A stretch of 64,000 bases of DNA from a bacterium (lineage in GTDB: Bacteria > Patescibacteriota > Patescibacteriia > UBA10025): assembly GCA_021815445.1 (NCBI GenBank), contig JAKAGM010000001.1:3447-67446 (forward strand), given 5' to 3'. A program made the position numbers and the translations under genes. Below, piece after piece: positions 38,201-44,874 of the stretch. The notes beneath the pieces are model-generated. The model did no database searches. It was not told where the DNA came from and saw only the letters and a program-made list of their open reading frames with translations. How positions within the stretch are numbered: the first letter of the stretch is position 1; the number at the start of each line of letters is the position of its first letter.

Positions 38201-38551
38201 ATACAGACATTCCAGTTCCGTTCAGGGATCGTCAAGCGCCTCAATCCCGGGTGGTTCGTATTTTCCCGTGATTATCGCGGAGGGGTTTCAGTCGCGGGAG
38301 CCGATGTCGACGGAGACGGGTCAAAAGAAATCATCGTCGGGGTAGGGGACAATGCGACGCCCCTGGTGAAAGTGCTCAACAAGAGCGGTACGCTTGTGAA
38401 ACAATTCTATGCTTTTGCCACGACCTTCTTGGGCGGTGTCAATATAGGCGGTGGCGATGTCGACGGTGACGGGCTGGACGAAGTTCTTGTGCTTCCTAGA
38501 AGCGGGGGAGGGCCGAATCTCCGGATTATCAATGTCGAACAGTTGAAGTAA
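35225..38551 (+). CDS. large secreted NHL-repeat / IPT-TIG / FG-GAP(VCBS)-repeat protein
   Basis: Signal/anchor sequence. At least 8 NHL units (YVADSANNAVRKI, YVTDTGNNRVRRV...). An IPT-like segment (VSPKNV...ITGKNF). Five or more FG-GAP units (GDVNGDGVSDIVV, ADIDGDGKEEIIT...). Confidence 0.8.
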   Translation: MLRRYLFFTAVFGAIAIAISIFAVPVGHAAYGDTSTFIGQIYAGDGGQVLDAYFDFPDDMILDASGNFLIADTYNNVVRKVDGSGIVSTMAGTGSTGFINGASGSAEFYQPRALVAAANGDIYVADSANNAVRKISGGIVSTVVSSGLNSPLGLALAGTALYISDSGNNAIKYVSTSGGAVTTLATGVNDPRKLIVSADGSKLYVADNGNHRVVSIALPGGAVTVVAGSGTSGYVEGTGTAAQFQNVWGLVQDGTTLYVTDHDGLVTDRIRTINLNTGTTGLFAFDQYQRTMLYPGALVIKDGYLYAMMTGRGTIQRFLLTDSATTDHFGGVEAFSDTIGTNALVGRPLDLTLSPDGKYVYFSENNKVRKFDATTGEVLTVLGSITDGYREGTDAYPSPMRFSGPFGITVNSTGTRLYVADRNNNRIRGVLLDATPISSFLVSGAGLTNTTGTQDNGYQEGVKCEGELAQGVSGCAYFKNPAGIVIDPTNTYLYVTDTGNNRVRRVRISDGQTSLIAGSGTAGFADGAGSAAKFNRPFGIAIDSAGKFLYIADSNNHRIRKIDLATNTVSTLIGTGALGYANATPLNSVLSYPEYVDVTSNGNVYFTEAGSQRIRVFDIAANAVKLVAGSGTRGFLNGAASVAKFNNLKGLAVDTQKNKIFVADSWNDLIRAVNITGDIPYTDPAPEVAAVSPKNVNPAWNTGSGLKVQITGKNFRYNATVLFGNFTAEKTWVVSGTAIVAQLPLSKMSPGIYDVTVREADGQEATLEKGFNLTQTNNALSTTYFAYAGKKQANIAVAPGSSFFAFSSTLRGGFNVTSGNVAGDSKSEIIVGTGNGMNPEIRVFTNGGKLLSAFAPYSPSIKSGVRLYVCDVNGDGAKDIVTVPGPGAAPLVKVFSGEGKLESSFSALDGKFKGGAFLACGDVNGDGVSDIVVSAGKGGGPHVTAHSSSGKIIANFFAYDKNFRGGIRVATADIDGDGKEEIITGPDNGAPHIQTFQFRSGIVKRLNPGWFVFSRDYRGGVSVAGADVDGDGSKEIIVGVGDNATPLVKVLNKSGTLVKQFYAFATTFLGGVNIGGGDVDGDGLDEVLVLPRSGGGPNLRIINVEQLK

Positions 38552-38579
38552 AAAGCGTTGAAAAAGGAATAGCGTGGGT

Positions 38580-38605
38580 ATATCAACGTGTTAACACATT
38601 AATAC
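38580..38605. repeat. 26-bp GTTAAC-centred palindrome, copy 2
   Basis: ATATCAACGTGTTAACACATTAATAC followed by ATTTCG, 24 nt upstream of the 38630 ATG. Confidence 0.8.
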
Positions 38606-38629
38606 ATTTCGAAAGACAAGAACAGATCC

Positions 38630-39280
38630 ATGAAAGCAAAAATACCGCTCACAAACACCACGGTTGCGGTCGTATGGTCGTTTGTTGCTGTCTTTTACGC
38701 CATAATCTTCACTACATCAAAGTATTTATTCTGGCAGAAACTTGGTGAAACAAGCATTTTGTTTGCTTTTATCATTATACTTTTACCATACTTTGTCGTA
38801 CTCTTTTTTATTGTTCGTTTTGTGAGAGAAGGGGTAGAAATAACGCGCAGAATTCGGGCAGACCTAGGGGAAGCGGCAGAATACGCCTCAGGTGACACGA
38901 TTACTTCACGGATGTATTTTATTATTCCTGCGCTCCAGGGCAAGTATGCAATCCCTGAGGAAAACGTGCTGACGTATTATCAAACCCATATCCAGGATAT
39001 CAAAACGCAAGCCGCAGGGTTTATGCATTTTGCTATTCTTCTGACCGTTTCAGGTGTGGCGATATCTCTTCGGGTAAATTCAGTTTCAGGAACTCTATTC
39101 GCGATTCTTATCGCTGTCATTGCTCTAGGTATGTGGGGGTGGGCCTTTGATTATCGCAGTATCGAGGCATTGCGTACAAGGCGATTCACGGGATTTTTGA
39201 GAAAGAATCCTAAACTCTTTGCTGTTGGGTTTCTGAGTTTAGTATGCGCGATGGTTTTACTGGCTGTAGTCGGGTATTAG
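38630..39280 (+). CDS. hypothetical membrane protein (216 aa)
   Basis: Four to five hydrophobic segments and no recognisable motif. Palindrome copies 2 and 3 flank the gene. Confidence 0.5.
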   Translation: MKAKIPLTNTTVAVVWSFVAVFYAIIFTTSKYLFWQKLGETSILFAFIIILLPYFVVLFFIVRFVREGVEITRRIRADLGEAAEYASGDTITSRMYFIIPALQGKYAIPEENVLTYYQTHIQDIKTQAAGFMHFAILLTVSGVAISLRVNSVSGTLFAILIAVIALGMWGWAFDYRSIEALRTRRFTGFLRKNPKLFAVGFLSLVCAMVLLAVVGY

Positions 39281-39320
39281 TGTACTTTGAGGGCCATGAT
39301 GTAGCGTCGCATATGTTAGT

Positions 39321-39346
39321 GTTCCGATGTGTTAACACACTAGTAC
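39321..39346. repeat. 26-bp GTTAAC-centred palindrome, copy 3
   Basis: GTTCCGATGTGTTAACACACTAGTAC followed by ATTTCG. The left arm is degenerate. Confidence 0.75.
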
Positions 39347-39508
39347 ATTTCGTAAATAAAAAATTCCAGCCAGCCTTTTATGTGCAAACAGGGGTTGTTT
39401 TTGTTTCAGTAAGCGTATAAACTACCGGCGGTAGAGATGGTATCGCGATGTAGTGTTTTGAGAATACATCAAGGGGTCATGAGCAATGTTTTATGCTAAC
39501 ATGATAAT

Positions 39509-40990
39509 ATGAAAACACGCCGATCAGGCATTCTCCTCCACCCGACTTCGCTCCCCAGTCCGTACGGCATTGGGGACTTTGGGCCGGAGGCGTACAGTTT
39601 CGTGGATTTTCTGAGAAAAGCCGGGCAAAAGTTCTGGCAGGTTTTGCCGCTCAGAATACCCGATGAAACCGGCTCCCCGTACGCGTCGTCGTCTGCGTTT
39701 GCCGGTAACTGGCTCTTGGTCAGTCCGGATCTTTTGGTCGCGCAAGGGCTGTTGCCTGAATCAGAACTCCCGCGCGAACGAAAGGTCGGTTTTGTGAATT
39801 ATGACAACCTGATTCACGACAGGAAAAATATGCTTGACCGTTCTCTGCGGTATTTCGACGATTCGGTATCCGAACGGCTTAAAAAAGCCTTCTGGGAATT
39901 TAAAAAGCGCGAGTCGTGGTGGCTGAGGGATTTTTCCCTTTTTATGGCCATAAAGGATTTTTTTGGAGGCAGATCGTGGCATCGATGGTCCGACGGTTTG
40001 GCGCGAAGAAATCCAGATACGCTCCGGTTATGGGCAAAAACTCTTGGAAATGGAATGAGAATATACGAGTACGGGCAGTGGCTTTTTTTCAGGCAGTGGG
40101 AGAGTTTGCGGGCGTATGCAAATCGTCGCGGAATCCAGATCATCGGTGACGTGCCGTTTTTTGTGCGTCACGACAGCGTGGATGTGTGGAGCCATCGCAG
40201 GTTGTTCATGCTTGATAAGAGGAATCTCCCGCGGGTCGTTTCCGGCGTCCCGCCCGACTATTTCAGTTCCCGAGGACAGATATGGCGCGACCCCCAGTAT
40301 GACTGGAAGGCGATGGAACAGGGGCAATTCACATGGTGGGTACAGCGTCTCGGGATGGTGCTGCGGCTGTATGATAAAGTCAGGCTTGACCATTTCCGCG
40401 GGTATGAAGCAGTCTGGCACATCAGACGGGGGAGTCTGACAGCGCGAAACGGGCACTGGTCTCCCGTGCCTGGCGATAAACTCTTTACTCGCATGTGCAA
40501 ATTTTCGAAACATATGCCGTTTATTGCGGAAGATCTCGGATTGATAACTGACGACGTAACCGCATTGCGGAAAAAATTCGGCTTTCCTTCAATGCGCGTC
40601 CTCCAGTTCGGTTTCTCGCTCAATGCCGGAAATCCGCACGCCATCAAAAACCTGCCTCTGAACGCGGTGGTCTACACAGGGACGCATGATAACAATACCG
40701 CGCAAGGGTGGATTCTCGATGATGCGCCCGCAAATATTCGACGGCACGCTCTCGCCGTGCTTAAAGCCGACAAGCGCACTTTCGCATGGAAGCTTATCCA
40801 AGCAGGGATGAAGTCCCGGGCTGATACGTTCATTGCGCCGCTCCAAGATGTGCTCGGTCTGGGCTCGGAGGCACGCATGAATACCCCATCGACAAAACGA
40901 AAAAATTGGCGGTGGAGACTCAAGCCCGCAGTCCTGACGGACCAGATTGCAAAGAAATTAAGGAAACTCAGCACAGATTCGGGCAGGTAA
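39509..40990 (+). CDS. malQ: 4-alpha-glucanotransferase (amylomaltase, GH77)
   Basis: RRSGILLHPTSLPSPYGIGDFG N-terminus, plus DHFRG, AEDLG and YTGTHDN catalytic-region motifs. Confidence 0.92.
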   Translation: MKTRRSGILLHPTSLPSPYGIGDFGPEAYSFVDFLRKAGQKFWQVLPLRIPDETGSPYASSSAFAGNWLLVSPDLLVAQGLLPESELPRERKVGFVNYDNLIHDRKNMLDRSLRYFDDSVSERLKKAFWEFKKRESWWLRDFSLFMAIKDFFGGRSWHRWSDGLARRNPDTLRLWAKTLGNGMRIYEYGQWLFFRQWESLRAYANRRGIQIIGDVPFFVRHDSVDVWSHRRLFMLDKRNLPRVVSGVPPDYFSSRGQIWRDPQYDWKAMEQGQFTWWVQRLGMVLRLYDKVRLDHFRGYEAVWHIRRGSLTARNGHWSPVPGDKLFTRMCKFSKHMPFIAEDLGLITDDVTALRKKFGFPSMRVLQFGFSLNAGNPHAIKNLPLNAVVYTGTHDNNTAQGWILDDAPANIRRHALAVLKADKRTFAWKLIQAGMKSRADTFIAPLQDVLGLGSEARMNTPSTKRKNWRWRLKPAVLTDQIAKKLRKLSTDSGR

Positions 40991-41305
40991 ATAAAAAAAG
41001 CCCCTCGCCTCAATGGTGGGTCTCATCGAGTACTCAAAGGGGCTTCTCGGGCAGCCGCGCAGGGTACGGAGTTTCATACCCACTAACGTCGCCAACGTTC
41101 TTCGCGACACCCGGTCGTTTCCAGGGAAAACCTGGTTCTGCTTGTTCTTGTCGGATAAAATAAATGTACCAATTACAAGCCTACCTTCGGTTGCCATTAA
41201 GGTCAAGTGGAATTTTTGAAATTAGTCGGACTTCTTTGTGGATCCACGTCAAACTCGCTAAGCACGACGGTACGGGCAGGCGGGGAGACTGTTTTCAGAA
41301 GTAAG

Positions 41306-41432
41306 CGGACCCAACCCCGTCATTCGCGAATGACGGGGTGGTCTTCTCCGTGATCCCGCACCATGTCGCTTCGCTCCAGATGCGGGACTTCGCAGGGAGG
41401 CATTTTCCTCAAACCGGACCCAAGGGGATTTG
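41306..41432 (-). pseudogene. degenerate partial tRNA-Asp copies
   Basis: 41410-41432 repeats 23 nt of the T-loop/acceptor/trailer segment (identical to 41568-41590). 41306-41399 carries TTGGGTCCG plus TCACGGAGAAGACCA and CTCCCTG, with a 39-nt hairpin inserted in the anticodon loop and the T-arm replaced by a 9-bp hairpin. Confidence 0.6.
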
Positions 41433-41572
41433 GTTCCGGGGTCTCGCTGTTCCTTCGGAACATCGCTCGACCCGTCTCGTCCCGCGCGAAGCAAAACTAT
41501 TTGCTTCGCTTGTTGACTCAACCCCCTGATCTTCTCGGGGATCTGTGCAAGTTAGGCGCATTGTTTCCAAAC

Positions 41573-41647
41573 CGGACCCAAGGGGATTTGAACCCCTGGT
41601 CTTCTCCGTGACAGGGAGACGTGTTAACCGGGCTACACCATGGGTCC
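41573..41647 (-). tRNA. tRNA-Asp (GTC)
   Basis: Manual cloverleaf: GGACCCA/TGGGTCC acceptor, GTGT/ACAC D-stem, TCTCC-CTGTCAC-GGAGA anticodon arm, AGGGG-TTCAAAT-CCCCT T-arm, discriminator G. No CCA is encoded. Confidence 0.9.
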
Positions 41648-41757
41648 GGTTTGGAAACAATATGTTAATGTGACGTTCACTACTTTACCAAGCGAAATGG
41701 GAAATGTACAGGGATAGCACAAAGAACTGTCACTGTCCGCCGGAGGGGCGGTTTTTC

Positions 41758-42105
41758 CTATTTTTTTGCGGCTTTCTCAACCACTGCGGCAAAGATTTGA
41801 GGATGGAATTCAGCAAGGTCAGCCAATATTTTTCTATTGAGCTCAATCTTGGCAATCTTCAGGAGATGAATTAATTTAGAATAACTCATCTTGTTCTGGC
41901 GAGCAGCGGCGTTGACTTGCATCGTCCATTGAGAGCGAAAGTCGCCTTTTTTCATCTTGCGATGCTTGTACGCGAAGGATCCCGCTTTTAGGTGAGCGAC
42001 TTTGGCAAGCCGGGGTATATTTTTCCTGCCCCACCTGTAGCCTTTTACTTTGCGCAGGAGGCGTTTTCTTTTTTTTGCCCTAATTGTTCCACGTTTGACG
42101 CGCAT
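41758..42105 (-). CDS. rplT: 50S ribosomal protein L20
   Basis: MRVKRGTIRAKKRKRLLRKVKGYRWGR... Confidence 0.95.
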   Translation of the reverse strand: MRVKRGTIRAKKRKRLLRKVKGYRWGRKNIPRLAKVAHLKAGSFAYKHRKMKKGDFRSQWTMQVNAAARQNKMSYSKLIHLLKIAKIELNRKILADLAEFHPQIFAAVVEKAAKK

Positions 42106-42110
42106 AGATA

Positions 42111-42308
42111 TTATCGGTAGGGGGTTACACGGCGAACAATCTTTTCGAATGAATGGTCAACATTTTTATCACGACGTTTCCGGCGTGTAACAATGCTCGA
42201 CTCTCGGGCGTTGAAATGGTCTTGGCCCGCTTTTCGCCTGATGAGCTTTCCGCGTTTGGTGACCCTGAAGCGTTTCGCAGTTGCTTTATGTGTTCTGAGC
42301 TTTGCCAT
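42111..42308 (-). CDS. rpmI: 50S ribosomal protein L35
   Basis: MAKLRTHKATAKRFRVTKRGKLIRRKAGQDH... Confidence 0.93.
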   Translation of the reverse strand: MAKLRTHKATAKRFRVTKRGKLIRRKAGQDHFNARESSIVTRRKRRDKNVDHSFEKIVRRVTPYR

Positions 42309-42313
42309 AGAAA

Positions 42314-42829
42314 TTATTTCTTTTTCATGAGAAGCATAGTCAGCCTGCCGCCCATTTTTGATACGTCCTGTTCTATCTGTACCGTGTCGCCGAATGAACG
42401 GGCAAACTCATGCATTTGGTCGATTGCCCGGCGCACATGTGCGCGTTCCCGTCCCCGTAAAATCATTTCCACCTGAACCTTATCTCCCTTTTCAAAAAAT
42501 TTCTCCGACTGGGCATGTCTCATCTCAAGATCGTGCTTGCCGATATTGATAGAGATACGGATGCCCTTTATCTCAACCCGTTTCTGTCTGGCCTTGTTTT
42601 TCCGTTCCAACTTCTCCTGCCGAAATTGGTAGGCGCCATAGTCCATAATACGGACCACCGGCGGATTCGCCAGGGGGGAAACCTCGATAAGGTCAAGCCC
42701 ACGCTCTTGTGCCATCTGGAGAGCGTCGCGAATAGAAACGACACCTATTTGGGCATCTTTTTCGTCGATCAACCTTACTTCCGGTACTCGAATCTGATGG
42801 TTCAGCCGATAGCGCTTAGTAGTACTAAT
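42314..42829 (-). CDS. infC: translation initiation factor IF-3 (probable ATT start)
   Basis: LDLIEVSPLANPPVVRIMDYG and other IF-3 motifs. The reading frame is open upstream of the track's TTG start and encodes ISTTKRYRLNHQIRVPEVRLIDEKD. ATT at 42829-42827 is the likely initiator, as in other infC genes. Confidence 0.85.
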   Translation of the reverse strand: MSTTKRYRLNHQIRVPEVRLIDEKDAQIGVVSIRDALQMAQERGLDLIEVSPLANPPVVRIMDYGAYQFRQEKLERKNKARQKRVEIKGIRISINIGKHDLEMRHAQSEKFFEKGDKVQVEMILRGRERAHVRRAIDQMHEFARSFGDTVQIEQDVSKMGGRLTMLLMKKK

Positions 42830-42840
42830 TGTTCTATGAA

Positions 42841-43110
42841 TTAATGATTAACTTTCTTGTAGGGGTGACCAAATTCGATCAAATTGAGTTTTTTGTCTCG
42901 CCGCCAGCCTTTAATCTGTCTTTCTCGGTTTCTTGCTTCTCGAAGAGTATCAAATTGTTCTTGATATACCAACTTTACTGGAAGCCTTTTTCTCGTATGT
43001 TCGGGACCCAACCCGAGATTGTGTATCTTAACTCTTACTTTAAGGTGGCTACTAGTTCCTGTATACAGCGAGTTATCAGAGCAAAGAAGGATGTAAAGAT
43101 AGTACTTCAT
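42841..43110 (-). CDS. GIY-YIG nuclease family protein (UPF0213-like, 89 aa)
   Basis: YYLYILLCSDNSLYTGTS...REARNRERQIKGWRRDKK. The start is refined to the ATG at 43110, because the longer track ORF runs into the tmRNA gene. Confidence 0.8.
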   Translation of the reverse strand: MKYYLYILLCSDNSLYTGTSSHLKVRVKIHNLGLGPEHTRKRLPVKLVYQEQFDTLREARNRERQIKGWRRDKKLNLIEFGHPYKKVNH

Positions 43111-43231
43111 ACTCTTGGTGCCCTTCGGTATGCTCAGGGCACCATTCGATTCAAGGCTGCCTTGACTTAAGGGGTTGTCGATCCTCCTATTGGTCGAAGA
43201 CCATGAGTGAGGAGCGTAGCGACGAATCGAA

Positions 43232-43631
43232 TGGTGGAGATGAGGGGAATTGCACCCCTGTCCAATATACGAACCAGTCAACGTCTCCAAGCTATCCTAT
43301 TTTAGCGTGGTCGATGGCAGAAGTCAAAATAGGAAAAAGGTCCTGCCATCCGAGTCTCGTGGTACGGCCGGGAGCAAGAGACACGCTCGTCGGTCGTCCT
43401 CCGTTTGTGACACCTCCGACCTTCTCAGGAGGAATCAGAAGGGGAGATGGTTATCGGTTTTTACGCGACAACAGGCGCAAAGGAAGGCGCAAATACGCTT
43501 GCAAGTGCGGTCTTCGCTTTGCTTACAAATGATTTGGCATTTGTCTAATTGGAGCCAGTTTAACGTCATGAACTGCCGTGGACGGCTTGCAGTTGAGATG
43601 GCAATGTACACTGTCGATTATAAGCATCCCC
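43232..43631 (-). ncRNA. ssrA: tmRNA (SsrA)
   Basis: 5' GGGGATGCTTATAATCGACAG... and 3' ...GGACAGGGGTGCAATTCCCCTCATCTCCACCA. The acceptor GGGGAUG/CAUCUCC includes a G3:U pair (alanine identity). It lies directly downstream of smpB. A candidate tag frame ends ...FAPVVA-UAA. Confidence 0.88.
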
Positions 43632-43665
43632 ATGATGCGCCTGATTGCGGAAAGGTTGAAAATGA

Positions 43666-44109
43666 TCAGTAGTCCAGCGCTTGCCTGATCCGCCGGTCAA
43701 CCTCGCGTTTCTTAATGGTTTCGCGCTTATCCTGTTTCTTCTTCCCGCGCGCCAAACCCAGCTCAACCTTGATCAAGCTACCCTTAGTATAGACAGAAAG
43801 CGGAATAAGTGTCAAGCCTGCCGAAGCCATCTTCCCGATCAATGATTTGATGTCCTCACGCTTCACAAGCAGCTTCTTTTCTCGGTCAGGATCCTCGTGG
43901 GATTCTTTCGAAGCACGCTGGTATCTCGCTATATGGCAGCCGATCAGCCAGAGTTCATTGCCGCGCATGCTCACATAACTTCCCATCAGAGTACAGTTGC
44001 CCAGCTTGACCGACTTTACCTCTGCGCCTCTCAATACAATACCGGCCTCAATTTTTTCGAGGATTGTGTAGTTGAAATAGCCTTTTTTGTTCTTAGCGAG
44101 GGTAGGCAT
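43666..44109 (-). CDS. smpB: SsrA-binding protein SmpB
   Basis: KNKKGYFNYTILEKIEAGIVLRGAEVKS...GLARGKKKQDKRE. Confidence 0.93.
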   Translation of the reverse strand: MPTLAKNKKGYFNYTILEKIEAGIVLRGAEVKSVKLGNCTLMGSYVSMRGNELWLIGCHIARYQRASKESHEDPDREKKLLVKREDIKSLIGKMASAGLTLIPLSVYTKGSLIKVELGLARGKKKQDKRETIKKREVDRRIRQALDY

Positions 44110-44184
44110 AGGAATATGAGTAGTATACAGGATTTTTGAACTGTGGATAATCGGGGTTGACGTCCGAAGTTGTTTGGGTGTAGT

Positions 44185-44210
44185 GTATCAATGTGTTAAC
44201 ACACTAATAC
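44185..44210. repeat. 26-bp GTTAAC-centred palindrome, copy 4
   Basis: GTATCAATGTGTTAACACACTAATAC, preceded by GTAGT as in copy 1, 22 nt upstream of the yerC-like ATG. Confidence 0.85.
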
Positions 44211-44232
44211 ACCTCAGCATGTACCCCATTTT

Positions 44233-44586
44233 ATGCCAAAGCGTTCGATAGACTGGAACAAAAGAAAAACAAGCGATCTCTTTGAAGCGGTTCTCGCGCT
44301 TAAAACGCAGGATGAGTGCAGGCGTTTTTTCCGTGACCTGTGCACGCTTGAGGAAATTGCCGCACTTGCCGACAGGTGGCAGATGGTCAAAATGATGGTC
44401 CAAGGATATTCATACCGCGATATATCGGCGAAACTCAAAGTGAGCACAACGACTGTTGCCCGTGTCGCGCAGTGGTTCACACGAGGCGAAGAGGGTTATC
44501 GGCTCGTGGTTAAGAGACTGGGGCTCACCAGACTGCCTGAAGCAAAAATTTCTTCAAATCATTATCACCACGCTTCTCTTCACTGA
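44233..44586 (+). CDS. TrpR-related YerC/YecD-family DNA-binding protein
   Basis: ECRRFFRDLCTLEEIAALADRWQMVKMMVQGYSYRDISAKLKVSTTTVARV, a Trp-repressor-like HTH. Confidence 0.8.
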   Translation: MPKRSIDWNKRKTSDLFEAVLALKTQDECRRFFRDLCTLEEIAALADRWQMVKMMVQGYSYRDISAKLKVSTTTVARVAQWFTRGEEGYRLVVKRLGLTRLPEAKISSNHYHHASLH

Positions 44587-44628
44587 AGAGGTGTCGTGAT
44601 GTGGTAGACATTTCACCGCATCCGGAGA

Positions 44629-44656
44629 AACCCCTTCAGTGCAAGAGGTTTTTTTT
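44629..44656 (+). terminator. intrinsic terminator after the yerC-like gene
   Basis: aacccctt-cagtgc-aagaggtt stem (7 of 8 bp) followed by a T8 run. Confidence 0.65.
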
Positions 44657-44874
44657 GATACATGCGTACCTTGAGAAAATCTTGAGACACGATGGGACGT
44701 GATGACAACCGTTCGCACCGAGAGAGGTGTATGTTGATGCGACAACATAAACATACCCCCTTCTCGTCATTGAGAAGAGCTTGTCGGACTGCTCCTGCAA
44801 TCCGAGACTGTCACCGTCCGGTGGCCGCCCTCACTCTCGAGCTTGCTCATGTTCATTTCATTTGGAGGTGTACC

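Noticed and set aside
40991-41260. Hairpin-rich 270 nt after malQ (gcccct...aggggc, gggta...taccc, gtcgc...gcgac, ccagg-gaaaa-cctgg), considered as an SRP (4.5S) RNA or another small RNA.
   Set aside because: I could not find the SRP helix-8 signature (GGUCCGGAAGGAAGCAGCC-like symmetric loop and GNRA tetraloop) on either strand, and I recognised no other family. It may be a 3' UTR or terminator region. An Rfam scan is needed before any call.
41260-41570. GAGGAAAATG...GCGAAGTCCCGC and GGGTCCGCTTAC on the - strand, considered as RNase P RNA (CR-I GAGGAAAGUCC, CR-V ACAGAAnCCGGCUUA).
   Set aside because: The P4 strands are not complementary to each other here; GAAGTCCCGC pairs locally instead. 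The specificity-domain conserved regions (GGUAA and GUGAAA-type motifs) are absent. The resemblance comes from tRNA-Asp-derived fragments.
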